From Eledone cirrhosa (lineage: Eukaryota): a DNA stretch of 64,000 nt. Where the stretch lies: positions 337,218,001 to 337,282,000 of the forward strand of contig OZ024742.1 of the NCBI GenBank assembly GCA_964016885.1, in the 5' to 3' direction. The notes beneath the pieces are model-generated. The model saw nothing but the letters and a program-made list of their open reading frames with translations, had not been told where the DNA came from and did no database searches. A program made the position numbers and the translations under genes. Shown here in pieces: positions 48,501 to 63,500 of the stretch (the stretch's first letter is position 1; every line of letters begins with the position of its first letter).

Positions 48501-51500
48501 CAGACTGGAGTAATGATACTAACTGTTGGTCATAACTGATGGCAGAAGAAAGGAGTGAATCATCAGACTGGAGTAATGATACTAACTGTTGGTCATAAGT
48601 GATGGCAGAAGAAAGGAGTGAATCATCAGATTGGAGTAATGATACTAACTGTTGGTCATAACTGATGGCAGAAGAAAGGAGTGAATCATCAGACTGGAGT
48701 AATGATACTATCTGTTGGTCATAACTAATGGCAGAAGAAAGGAGTGAATCATCAGACTGGAGTAATGATACTAACTGTTGGTCATAACTGATGGCAGAAG
48801 AAAGGAGTGAATCATCAGACTGGAGTAATGATACTAACTGTTGGTCATAACTGATGGCAGAAGAAAGGAGTGAATCATCAGACTGGAGTAATGATACTAA
48901 CTGTTGGTCACAACTGATGGCAGAAGAAAGGAGTGAATCATCAGACTGGAATAATGATACTAACTGTTGGTCATAACTGATGGCAGAAGAAAGGAGTGAA
49001 TCATCAGACTGGAGTAATGATACTAACTGTTGGTCATAAGTGATGGCAGAAGAAAGGAGTGAATCATCAGATTGGAGTAATGATACTAACTGTTGGTCAT
49101 TACTGATGGCAGAAGAAAGGAGTGAATCATCAGACTGGAGTAATGATACTAACTGTTGGTCATAAGTGATGGCAGAAGAAAGGAGTGAATCATCAGATTG
49201 GAGTAATGATACTAACTGTTGGTCATAACTGATGGCAGAAGAAAGGAGTGAATCATCAGACTGGAGTAATGATACTAACTGTTGGTCATAAGTGATGGCA
49301 GAAGAAAGGAGTGAATCATCAGACTGGAGTAATGATACTAACTGTTGGTCATAACTGATGGCAGAAGAAAGGAGTGAATCATCAGACTGGAGTAATGATA
49401 CTAACTGTTGGTCACAACTCCTGGCAGAAGAAAGGAGTGAATCATCAGACTGGAGTAATGACAGTAACTGTTGGTCATAACTGATGGCAGAAGAAAGGAG
49501 TGAATCATCAGACTGGAGTAATGATATTAAATGTTGGTCATAACTGATGCAGAAGAAAGGAGTGAATCATCAGACTGGAGTAATGATACTAACTGTTGGT
49601 CATAAGTGATGGCAGAAGAAAGTAGTGAATCATCAGACTGGAATAATGATACTATCTGTTGGTCACAACTGATGGCAGAAGAAAGGAGTGAATCAACAGA
49701 CTGGAGTAATGATACTAACTGTTGGTCATAAGTGATGGCAGAAGAAAGGAGTGAATCATCAGATTGGAGTAATGATACTAACTGTTGGTCATAACTGATG
49801 GCAAAAGAAAGGAGTGAATCATCAGACTGGAGTAATGATACTAACTGTTGGTCATAACTGATGGCAGAAGAAAGGAGTGAATCATCAGACTGGAGTAATG
49901 ATACTAACTGTTGGTCATAACTGATGGCAGAAGAAAGGAGTGAATCATCAGACTGGAGTAATGATACTAACTGTTGGTCATAAGTGATGGCAGAAGAAAG
50001 GAGTGAATCATCAGACTGGAGTAATGATACTAACTGTTGGTCATAACTGATGGCAGAAGAAAGGAGTGAATCATCAGACTGGAGTAATGATACTAACTGT
50101 TGGTCATAACTGATGGCAGAAGAAAGGAGTGAATCATCAGACTGGAGTAATGATACTAAATGTTGGTCACAACTGATGGCAGAAGAAAGGAGTGAATCAT
50201 CAGACTGGAGTAATGATACTAACTGTTGGTCATAAGTGATGGCAGAAGAAAGTAGTGAATCATCAGACTGGAATAATGATACTATCTGTTGGTCACAACT
50301 GATGGCAGAAGAAAGGAGTGAATCATCAGACTGGAGTAATGATACTAACTGTTGGTCATAACTGATGGCAGAAGAAAGGAGTGAATCATCAGACTGGAGT
50401 AATGATACTAAATGTTGGACATAACTGATGGCAGAAGAAAGTAGTGAATCATCAGACTGGAGTAATGATACTAACTGTTGGTCATAAGTGATGGCAGAAG
50501 AAAGTAGTGAATCATCAGACTGGAATAATGATACTATCTGTTGGTCACAACTGATGGCAGAAGAAAGGAGTGAATCATCAGACTGGAGTAATGATACTAA
50601 CTGTTGGTCATAACTGATGGCAGAAGAAAGGAGTGAATCATCAGACTGGAGTAATGATACTAAATGTTGGTCACAACTGATGGCAGAAGAAAGGAGTGAA
50701 TCATCAGACTGGAGTAATGATACTAACTGTTGGTCATAACTGATGGCAGAAGAAAGGAGTGAATCATCAGACTGGAGTAATGATACTAACTGTTGGTCAT
50801 AACTCCTGGCAGAAGAAAGGAGTGAATCATCAGACTGGAGTAATGATACTAACTGTTGGTCACAACTCCTGGCAGAAGAAAGGAGTGAATCATCAGACTG
50901 GAGTAATGACAGTAACTGTTGGTCATAACTGATGGCAGAAGAAAGGAGTGAATCATCAGACTGGAGTAATGATACTAACTGTTGGTCACAACTCCTGGCA
51001 GAAGAAAGGAGTGAATCATCAGACTGGAGTAATGACAGTAACTGTTGGTCATAACTGATGGCAGAAGAAAGGAGTGAATCATCAGACTGGAGTAATGATA
51101 CTAACTGTTGGTCACAACTCCTGGCAGAAGAAAGCAGTGAATCATCAGACTGGAGTAATGAAACTAACTGTTGGTCACAACTCCTGGCAGAAGAAAGGAG
51201 TGAATCATCAGACTGGAGTAATGATACCAAGTGTTGGTCATAACTGATGGCAGAAGAAAGTAGTGAATCATCAGACTGGAGTAATGATACTAACTGTTGG
51301 TCATAAGTGATGGCAGAAGAAAGTAGTGAATCATCAGACTGGAGTAATGATACTAACTGTTGGTCATAAGTGATGGCAGAAGAAAGGAGTGAATCATCAG
51401 ACTGGAGTAATGATACTAACTGTTGGTCATAACTGATGGCAGAAGAAAGGAGTGAATCATCAGACTGGAGTAATGATACTAACTGTTGGTCATAACTGAT

Positions 51501-54500
51501 GGCAGAAGAAAGGAGTGAATCATCAGACTGGAGTAATGATACTAAATGTTGGTCACAACTGATGGTAGAAGAAAGGAGTGAATCATCAGACTGGAGTAAT
51601 GATACTAACTGTTGGTCATAAGTGATGGCAGAAGAAAGTAGTGAATCATCAGACTGGAATAATGATACTATCTGTTGGTCACAACTGATGGCAGAAGAAA
51701 GGAGTGAATCATCAGACTGGAGTAATGATACTAACTGTTGGTCATAACTGATGGCAGAAGAAAGGAGTGAATCATCAGACTGGAGTAATGATACTAACTG
51801 TTGGTCATAACTGATGGCAGAAGAAAGGAGTGAATCATCAGACTGGAGTAATGATACTAAATGTTGGTCACAACTGATGGCAGAAGAAAGGAGTGAATCA
51901 TCAGACTGGAGTAATGATACTAACTGTTGGTCATAACTGATGGCAGAAGAAAGGAGTGAATCATCAGACTGGAGTAATGATACTAACTGTTGGTCACAAC
52001 TCCTGGCAGAAGAAAGGAGTGAATCATCAGACTGGAGTAATGATACTAACTGTTGGTCATAACTCCTGGCAGAAGAAAGGAGTGAATCATCAGACTGGAG
52101 TAATGATACTAACTGTTGGTCACAACTCCTGGAAGAAGAAAGGAGTGAATCATCAGACTGGAGTAATGACAGTAACTGTTGGTCATAACTGATGGCAGAA
52201 GAAAGGAGTGAATCATCAGACTGGAGTAATGACAGTAACTGTTGGTCATAACTGATGGCAGAAGAAAGGAGTGAATCATCAGACTGGAGTAATGATACTA
52301 ACTGTTGGTCATAACTGATGGCAGAAGAAAGGAGTGAATCATCAGACTGGAGTAATGATACTAACTGTTGGTCACAACTCCTGGCAGAAGAAAGCAGTGA
52401 ATCATCAGACTGGAGTAATGAAACTAACTGTTGGTCACAACTCCTGGCAGAAGAAAGGAGTGAATCATCAGACTGGAGTAATGATACCAAGTGTTGGTCA
52501 TAACTGATGGCAGAAGAAAGTAGTGAATCATCAGACTGGAGTAATGATACTAACTGTTGGTCATAAGTGATGGCAGAAGAAAGTAGTGAATCATCAGACT
52601 GGAATAATGATACTATCTGTTGGTCACAACTGATGGCAGAAGAAAGGAGTGAATCATCAGACTGGAGTAATGATACTAACTGTTGGTCATAAGTGATGGC
52701 AGAAGAAAGGAGTGAATCATCAGATTGGAGTAATGATACTAACTGTTGGTCATAACTGATGGCAAAAGAAAGGAGTGAATCATCAGACTGGAGTAATGAT
52801 ACTAACTGTTGGTCATAACTGATGGCAGAAGAAAGGAGTGAATCATCAGACTGGAGTAATGATACTAACTGTTGGTCATAACTGATGGCAGAAGAAAGGA
52901 GTGAATCATCAGACTGGAGTAATGATACTAACTGTTGGTCATAAGTGATGGCAGAAGAAAGGAGTGAATCATCAGATTGGAGTAATGATACTAACTGTTG
53001 GTCATAACTGATGGCAGAAGAAAGGAGTGAATCATCAGACTGGAGTAATGATACTATCTGTTGGTCATAACTAATGGCAGAAGAAAGGAGTGAATCATCA
53101 GACTGGAGTAATGATACTAACTGTTGGTCATAACTGATGGCAGAAGAAAGGAGTGAATCATCAGACTGGAGTAATGATACTAACTGTTGGTCATAACTGA
53201 TGGCAGAAGAAAGGAGTGAATCATCAGACTGGAGTAATGATACTAACTGTTGGTCACAACTGATGGCAGAAGAAAGGAGTGAATCATCAGACTGGAATAA
53301 TGATACTAACTGTTGGTCATAACTGATGGCAGAAGAAAGGAGTGAATCATCAGACTGGAGTAATGATACTAACTGTTGGTCATAAGTGATGGCAGAAGAA
53401 AGGAGTGAATCATCAGATTGGAGTAATGATACTAACTGTTGGTCATTACTAATGGCAGAAGAAAGGAGTGAATCATCAGACTGGAGTAATGATACTAACT
53501 GTTGGTCATAAGTGATGGCAGAAGAAAGGAGTGAATCATCAGATTGGAGTAATGATACTAACTGTTGGTCATAACTGATGGCAGAAGAAAGGAGTGAATC
53601 ATCAGACTGGAGTAATGATACTAACTGTTGGTCATAAGTGATGGCAGAAGAAAGGAGTGAATCATCAGACTGGAGTAATGATACTAACTGTTGGTCATAA
53701 CTGATGGCAGAAGAAAGGAGTGAATCATCAGACTGGAGTAATGATACTAACTGTTGGTCACAACTCCTGGCAGAAGAAAGGAGTGAATCATCAGACTGGA
53801 GTAATGACAGTAACTGTTGGTCATAACTGATGGCAGAAGAAAGGAGTGAATCATCAGACTGGAGTAATGATATTAAATGTTGGTCATAACTGATGCAGAA
53901 GAAAGGAGTGAATCATCAGACTGGAGTAATGATACTAACTGTTGGTCATAAGTGATGGCAGAAGAAAGTAGTGAATCATCAGACTGGAATAATGATACTA
54001 TCTGTTGGTCACAACTGATGGCAGAAGAAAGGAGTGAATCAACAGACTGGAGTAATGATACTAACTGTTGGTCATAAGTGATGGCAGAAGAAAGGAGTGA
54101 ATCATCAGATTGGAGTAATGATACTAACTGTTGGTCATAACTGATGGCAAAAGAAAGGAGTGAATCATCAGACTGGAGTAATGATAATAACTGTTGGTCA
54201 TAACTGATGGCAGAAGAAAGGAGTGAATCATCAGACTGGAGTAATGATACTAACTGTTGGTCATAACTGATGGCAGAAGAAAGGAGTGAATCATCAGACT
54301 GGAGTAATGATACTAACTGTTGGTCATAAGTGATGGCAGAAGAAAGGAGTGAATCATCAGACTGGAGTAATGATACTAACTGTTGGTCATAACTGATGGC
54401 AGAAGAAAGGAGTGAATCATCAGACTGGAGTAATGATACTAACTGTTGGTCATAACTGATGGCAGAAGAAAGGAGTGAATCATCAGACTGGAGTAATGAT

Positions 54501-57500
54501 ACTAAATGTTGGTCACAACTGATGGCAGAAGAAAGGAGTGAATCATCAGACTGGAGTAATGATACTAACTGTTGGTCATAAGTGATGGCAGAAGAAAGTA
54601 GTGAATCATCAGACTGGAATAATGATACTATCTGTTGGTCACAACTGATGGCAGAAGAAAGGAGTGAATCATCAGACTGGAGTAATGATACTAACTGTTG
54701 GTCATAACTGATGGCAGAAGAAAGGAGTGAATCATCAGACTGGAGTAATGATACTAAATGTTGGACATAACTGATGGCAGAAGAAAGTAGTGAATCATCA
54801 GACTGGAGTAATGATACTAACTGTTGGTCATAAGTGATGGCAGAAGAAAGTAGTGAATCATCAGACTGGAATAATGATACTATCTGTTGGTCACAACTGA
54901 TGGCAGAAGAAAGGAGTGAATCATCAGACTGGAGTAATGATACTAACTGTTGGTCATAACTGATGGCAGAAGAAAGGAGTGAATCATCAGACTGGAGTAA
55001 TGATACTAACTGTTGGTCATAACTGATGGCAGAAGAAAGGAGTGAATCATCAGACTGGAGTAATGATACTAAATGTTGGTCACAACTGATGGCAGAAGAA
55101 AGGAGTGAATCATCAGACTGGAGTAATGATACTAACTGTTGGTCATAACTGATGGCAGAAGAAAGGAGTGAATCATCAGACTGGAGTAATGATACTAACT
55201 GTTGGTCACAACTCCTGGCAGAAGAAAGGAGTGAATCATCAGACTGGAGTAATGATACTAACTGTTGGTCATAACTCCTGGCAGAAGAAAGGAGTGAATC
55301 ATCAGACTGGAGTAATGATACTAACTGTTGGTCACAACTCCTGGGAGAAGAAAGGAGTGAATCATCAGACTGGAGTAATGACAGTAACTGTTGGTCATAA
55401 CTGATGGCAGAAGAAAGGAGTGAATCATCAGACTGGAGTAATGATACTAACTGTTGGTCATAACTGATGGCAGAAGAAAGGAGTGAATCATCAGACTGGA
55501 GTAATGATACTAACTGTTGGTCATAACTGATGGCAGAAGAAAGGAGTGAATCATCAGACTGGAGTAATGATACTAACTGTTGGTCACAACTCCTGGCAGA
55601 AGAAAGCAGTGAATCATCAGACTGGAGTAATGAAACTAACTGTTGGTCACAACTCCTGGCAGAAGAAAGGAGTGAATCATCAGACTGGAGTAATGATACC
55701 AAGTGTTGGTCATAACTGATGGCAGAAGAAAGTAGTGAATCATCAGACTGGAGTAATGATACTAACTGTTGGTCATAAGTGATGGCAGAAGAAAGTAGTG
55801 AATCATCAGACTGGAATAATGATACTATCTGTTGGTCACAACTGATGGCAGAAGAAAGGAGTGAATCATCAGACTGGAGTAATGATACTAACTGTTGGTC
55901 ATAAGTGATGGCAGAGGAAAGGAGTGAATCATCAGATTGGAGTAATGATACTAACTGTTGGTCATAACTGATGGCAAAAGAAAGGAGTGAATCATCAGAC
56001 TGGAGTAATGATACTAACTGTTGGTCATAACTGATGGCAGAAGAAAGGAGTGAATCATCAGACTGGAGTAATGATACTAACTGTTGGTCATAACTGATGG
56101 CAGAAGAAAGGAGTGAATCATCAGACTGGAGTAATGATACTAACTGTTGGTCATAAGTGATGGCAGAAGAAAGGAGTGAATCATCAGATTGGAGTAATGA
56201 TACTAACTGTTGGTCATAACTGATGGCAGAAGAAAGGAGTGAATCATCAGACTGGAGTAATGATACTATCTGTTGGTCATAACTAATGGCAGAAGAAAGG
56301 AGTGAATCATCAGACTGGAGTAATGATACTAACTGTTGGTCATAACTGATGGCAGAAGAAAGGAGTGAATCATCAGACTGGAGTAATGATACTTACTGTT
56401 GGTCATAACTGATGGCAGAAGAAAGGAGTGAATCATCAGACTGGAGTAATGATACTAACTGTTGGTCACAACTGATGGCAGAAGAAAGGAGTGAATCATC
56501 AGACTGGAATAATGATACTAACTGTTGGTCATAACTGATGGCAGAAGAAAGGAGTGAATCATCAGACTGGAGTAATGATACTAACTGTTGGTCATAAGTG
56601 ATGGCAGAAGAAAGGAGTGAATCATCAGACTGGAGTAATGATACTAACTGTTGGTCATAACTGATGGCAGAAGAAAGGAGTGAATCATCAGACTGGAGTA
56701 ATGATACTAACTGTTGGTCACAACTCCTGGCAGAAGAAAGGAGTGAATCATCAGACTGGAGTAATGACAGTAACTGTTGGTCATAACTGATGGCAGAAGA
56801 AAGGAGTGAATCATCAGACTGGAGTAATGATATTAAATGTTGGTCATAACTGATGCAGAAGAAAGGAGTGAATCATCAGACTGGAGTAATGATACTAACT
56901 GTTGGTCACAACTGATGGCAGAAGAAAGGAGTGAATCATCAGACTGGAGTAATGATACTAACTGTTGGTCACAACTCCTGGCAGAAGAAAGGAGTGAATC
57001 ATCAGACTGGAGTAATGATACTAACTGTTGGTCATAACTGATGGCAGAAGAAAGGAGTGAATCATCAGACTGGAGTAATGATACTAACTGTTGGTCATAA
57101 CTCCTGGCAGAAGAAAGGAGTGAATCATCAGACTGGAGTAATGATACTAACTGTTGGTCACAACTGATGGCAGAAGAGAGGAGTGAATCATCAGACTGGA
57201 GTAATGATACTAACTGTTGGTCATAACTGATGGCAGAAGAAAGGAGTGAATCATCAGACTGGAGTAATGATACTAACTGTTGGTCACAACTGATGGCAGA
57301 AGAAAGGAGTGAATCATCAGACTGGAGTAATGATACTAACTGTTGGTCATAACTCCTGGCAGAAGAAATGAGTAACCTATCAGACTGGAGTAATGATACT
57401 AACTGTTGGTCATAACTGATGGCAGAAGAAAGGATTGAATCATCAGACTGGAGTAATGATACTAACTGTTGGTCACAACTGATGGCAGAAGAAAGGAGTG

Positions 57501-60500
57501 AATCATCAGACTGGAGTAATGATACTAACTGTTGGTCATAACTCCTGGCAGAAGAAATGAGTAACCTATCAGACTGGAGTAATGATACTAACTGTTGGTC
57601 ATAACTGATGGCAGAAGAAAGGAGTGAATCATCAGACTGGAGTAATGATACTAACTGTTGGTCACAACTGATGGCAGAAGAAAGGAGTGAATCATCAGAC
57701 TGGAGTAATGATACTAACTGTTGGTCATAACTGATGGCAGAAGAAAAGAGTGAATCATCAGACTGGAGTAATGATACTAACTGTTGGTCACAACTGATGG
57801 CAGAAGAAAGGAGTGAATCATCAGACTGGAGTAATGATACTAACTGTTGGTCATAACTGATGGCAGAAGAAAGGAGTGAATCATCAGACTGGAGTAATGA
57901 TACTAACTGTTGGTCACAACTGATGGCAGAAGAAAGGAGTGAATCATCAGACTGGAGTAATGATACTAACTGTTGGTCATAACTGATGGCAGAAGAAAGG
58001 AGTGAATCATCAGACTGGAGTAATGATACTAACTGTTGGTCACAACTGATGGCAGAAGAAAGGAGTGAATCATCAGACTGGAGTAATGATACTAACTGTT
58101 GGTCATAACTGATGGCAGAAGAAAGGAGTGAATCATCAGACTGGAGTAATGATACTAACTGTTGGTCACAACTGATGGCAGAAGAAAGGAGTGAATCATC
58201 AGACTGGAGTAATGATACTAACTGTTGGTCACAACTGATGGCAGAAGAAAGGAGTGAATCATCAGACTGGAGTAATGATACTAACTGTTGGTCATAACTG
58301 ATGGCAGAAGAAAGGAGTGAATCATCAGACTGGAGTAATGATACTATCTGTTGGTCACAACTGATGGCAGAAGAAAGGAGTGAATCATCAGACTGGAGTA
58401 ATGATACTAACTGTTGGTCATAACTGATGGCAGAAGAAAGGAGTGAATCATCAGACTGGAGTAATGATACTAACTGTTGGTCACAACTGATGGCAGAAGA
58501 AAGGAGTGAATCATCAGACTGGAGTAATGATACTAACTGTTGGTCATAACTGATGGCAGAAGAAAGGAGTGAATCATCAGACTGGAGTAATGATAGTATC
58601 TGTTGGTCACAACTGATGGCAGAAGAAAGGAGTGAATCATCAGACTGGAGTAATGATACTAACTGTTGGTCATAACTCCTGGCAGAAGAAATGAGTAACC
58701 TATCAGACTGGAGTAATGATACTAACTGTTGGTCATAAGTGATGGCAGAAGAAAGGAGTGAATCATCAGATTGGAGTAATGATACTAACTGTTGGTCATA
58801 ACTGATGGCAGAAGAAAGGAGTGAATCATCAGACTGGAGTAATGATACTAACTGTTGGTCATAAGTGATGGCAGAAGAAAGGAGTGAATCATCAGATTGG
58901 AGTAATGATACTAACTGTTGGTCATAACTGATGGCAGAAGAAAGGAGTGAATCATCAGACTGGAGTAATGATACTAACTGTTGGTCATAAGTGATGGCAG
59001 AAGAAAGGAGTGAATCATCAGACTGGAGTAATGATACTAACTGTTGGTCATAACTGATGGCAGAAGAAAGGAGTGAATCATCAGACTGGAGTAATGATAC
59101 TAACTGTTGGTCACAACTCCTGGCAGAAGAAAGGAGTGAATCATCAGACTGGAGTAATGACAGTAACTGTTGGTCATAACTGATGGCAGAAGAAAGGAGT
59201 GAATCATCAGACTGGAGTAATGATATTAAATGTTGGTCATAACTGATGCAGAAGAAAGGAGTGAATCATCAGACTGGAGTAATGATACTAACTGTTGGTC
59301 ACAACTGATGGCAGAAGAAAGGAGTGAATCATCAGACTGGAGTAATGATACTAACTGTTGGTCACAACTCCTGGCAGAAGAAAGGAGTGAATCATCAGAC
59401 TGGAGTAATGATACTAACTGTTGGTCATAACTGATGGCAGAAGAAAGGAGTGAATCATCAGACTGGAGTAATGATACTAACTGTTGGTCATAACTCCTGG
59501 CAGAAGAAAGGAGTGAATCATCAGACTGGAGTAATGATACTAACTGTTGGTCACAACTGATGGCAGAAGAGAGGAGTGAATCATCAGACTGGAGTAATGA
59601 TACTAACTGTTGGTCATAACTGATGGCAGAAGAAAGGAGTGAATCATCAGACTGGAGTAATGATACTAACTGTTGGTCACAACTGATGGCAGAAGAAAGG
59701 AGTGAATCATCAGACTGGAGTAATGATACTAACTGTTGGTCATAACTCCTGGCAGAAGAAATGAGTAACCTATCAGACTGGAGTAATGATACTAACTGTT
59801 GGTCATAACTGATGGCAGAAGAAAGGATTGAATCATCAGACTGGAGTAATGATACTAACTGTTGGTCACAACTGATGGCAGAAGAAAGGAGTGAATCATC
59901 AGACTGGAGTAATGATACATACTGTTGGTCATAACTCCTGGCAGAAGAAATGAGTAACCTATCAGACTGGAGTAATGATACTAACTGTTGGTCATAACTG
60001 ATGGCAGAAGAAAGGAGTGAATCATCAGACTGGAGTAATGATACTAACTGTTGGTCACAACTGATGGCAGAAGAAAGGAGTGAATCATCAGACTGGAGTA
60101 ATGATACTAACTGTTGGTCATAACTGATGGCAGAAGAAAAGAGTGAATCATCAGACTGGAGTAATGATACTAACTGTTGGTCACAACTGATGGCAGAAGA
60201 AAGGAGTGAATCATCAGACTGGAGTAATGATACTAACTGTTGGTCATAACTGATGGCAGAAGAAAGGAGTGAATCATCAGACTGGAGTAATGATACTAAC
60301 TGTTGGTCACAACTGATGGCAGAAGAAAGGAGTGAATCATCAGACTGGAGTAATGATACTAACTGTTGGTCATAACTGATGGCAGAAGAAAGGAGTGAAT
60401 CATCAGACTGGAGTAATGATACTAACTGTTGGTCACAACTGATGGCAGAAGAAAGGAGTGAATCATCAGACTGGAGTAATGATACTAACTGTTGGTCATA

Positions 60501-63500
60501 ACTGATGGCAGAAGAAAGGAGTGAATCATCAGACTGGAGTAATGATACTAACTGTTGGTCACAACTGATGGCAGAAGAAAGGAGTGAATCATCAGACTGG
60601 AGTAATGATACTAACTGTTGGTCACAACTGATGGCAGAAGAAAGGAGTGAATCATCAGACTGGAGTAATGATACTAACTGTTGGTCATAACTGATGGCAG
60701 AAGAAAGGAGTGAATCATCAGACTGGAGTAATGATACTATCTGTTGGTCACAACTGATGGCAGAAGAAAGGAGTGAATCATCAGACTGGAGTAATGATAC
60801 TAACTGTTGGTCATAACTGATGGCAGAAGAAAGGAGTGAATCATCAGACTGGAGTAATGATACTAACTGTTGGTCACAACTGATGGCAGAAGAAAGGAGT
60901 GAATCATCAGACTGGAGTAATGATACTAACTGTTGGTCATAACTGATGGCAGAAGAAAGGAGTGAATCATCAGACTGGAGTAATGATACTATCTGTTGGT
61001 CACAACTGATGGCAGAAGAAAGGAGTGAATCATCAGACTGGAGTAATGATACTAACTGTTGGTCATAACTCCTGGCAGAAGAAATGAGTAACCTATCAGA
61101 CTGGAGTAATGATACTAACTGTTGGTCATAACTGATGGCAGAAGAAAGGAGTGAATCATCAGACTGGAGTAATGATACTAACTGTTGGTCATAACTCCTG
61201 GCAGAAGAAAGGAGTGAATCATCAGACTGGAGTAATGATACTAACTGTTGGTCACAACTGATGGCAGAAGAAAGGAGTGAATCATCAGACTGGAGTAATG
61301 ATACTAACTGTTGGTCATAACTGATGGCAGAAGAAATGAGTAACCTATCAGACTGGAGTAATGATACTATCTGTTGGTCACAACTGATGGCAGAAGAAAG
61401 GAGTGAATCATCAGACTGGAGTAATGATACTAACTGTTGGTCATAACTGATGGCAGAAGAAAGGAGTGAATCATCAGACTGGAGTAATGATACTAACTGT
61501 TGGTCACAACTGATGGCAGAAGAAAGGAGTGAATCATCAGACTGGAGTAATGATACTAACTGTTGGTCATAACTGATGGCAGAAGAAAGGAGTGAATCAT
61601 CAGACTGGAGTAATGATACTATCTGTTGGTCACAACTGATGGCAGAAGAAAGGAGTGAATCATCAGACTGGAGTAATGATACTAACTGTTGGTCATAACT
61701 GATGGCAGAAGAAAGGAGTGAATCATCAGACTGGAGTAATGATACTATCTGTTGGTCACAACTGATGGCAGAAGAAAGGAGTGAATCATCAGACTGGAGT
61801 AATGATACTAACTGTTGGTCACAACTGATGGCAGAAGAAAGGAGTGAATCATCAGACTGGAGTAATGATACTAACTGTTGGTCATAAATGATGGCAGAAG
61901 AAAGGAGTGAATCATCAGACTGGAGTAATGATACTAACTGTTGGTCATAAATGATGGCAGAAGAAAGGAGTGAATCATCAGACTGGAGTAATGATACTAA
62001 CTGTTGGTCACAACTGATGGCAGAAGAAAGGAGTGAATCATCAGACTGGAGTAATGATACTAACTGTTGGTCATAACTGATGGCAGAAGAAAGGAGTGAA
62101 TCATCAGACTGGAGTAATGATACTATCTGTTGGTCACAACTGATGGCAGAAGAAAGGAGTGAATCATCAGACTGGAGTAATGATACTAACTGTTGGTCAT
62201 AACTGATGGCAGAAGAAAGGAGTGAATCATCAGACTGGAGTAATGATACTAACTGTTGGTCACAACTGATGGCAGAAGAAAGGAGTGAATCATCAGACTG
62301 GAGTAATGATACTAACTGTTGGTCATAACTGATGGCAGAAGAAAGGAGTGAATCATCAGACTGGAGTAATGATACTATCTGTTGGTCACAACTGATGGCA
62401 GAAGAAAGGAGTGAATCATCAGACTGGAGTAATGATACTAACTGTTGGTCATAACTGATGGCAGAAGAAAGGAGTGAATCATCAGACTGGAGTAATGATA
62501 CTAACTGTTGGTCACAACTGATGGCAGAAGAAAGGAGTGAATCATCAGACTAGAGTAATGATACTAACTGTTGGTCATAAATGATGGCAGAAGAAAGGAG
62601 TGAATCATCAGACTGGAGTAAAGATACTAACTGTTGGTCACAACTGATGGCAGAAGAAAGGAGTGAATCATCAGACTGGAGTAATGATACTAACTGTTGG
62701 TCATAACTGATGGCAGAAGAAAGGAGTGAATCATCAGACTGGAGTAATGATACTAACTGTTGGTCATAACTCCTGGCAGTAGAAAGGAGTGAATCATCAG
62801 ACTGGAGTAATGATACTAACTGTTGGTCATAACTGATGGCAGAAGAAAGGAGTGAATCATCAGACTGGAGTAATGATACTAACTGTTGGTCATAACTCGT
62901 GGCAGAAGAAAGGAGTGAATCATCAGACTGGAGTAATGAAACTAACTGTTGGTCACAACTCCTGGCAGAAGAAAGGAGTGAATCATCAGACTGGAGTAAT
63001 GATACCAAGTGTTGGTCATAACTGATGGCAGAAGAAAATAGTGAATCATCAGACTGGAGTAATGATACTAACTGTTGGTCATAACTGATGTCAGAAGAAA
63101 GGAGTGAATCATCAGACTGGAGTAATGATACTATCTGTTGGTCACAACACCTGGCAGAAGAAAGGAGTGAATAATCAGACTGGAGTAATGATACTAACTG
63201 TTGGTCACAACTGATGGCAGAAGAAAGGAGTGAATCATCAGACTGGAGTAATGATACTAACTGCTGGTCATAAATGATGGCAGAAGAAAGGAGTGAATCA
63301 TCAGACTGGAGTAATGATACTAACTGTTGGTCACAACTGATGGCAGAATAAAGGAGTGAATAATCAGACTGGAGTAATGATACTAACTGTTGGTCATAAC
63401 TGATGGCAGAAGAAAGTAGTGAATCATCAGACTGGAGTAATGATACTAACTGTTGGTCATAACTGATGGCAGAAGAAAGGAGTGAATCATCAGACTGGAG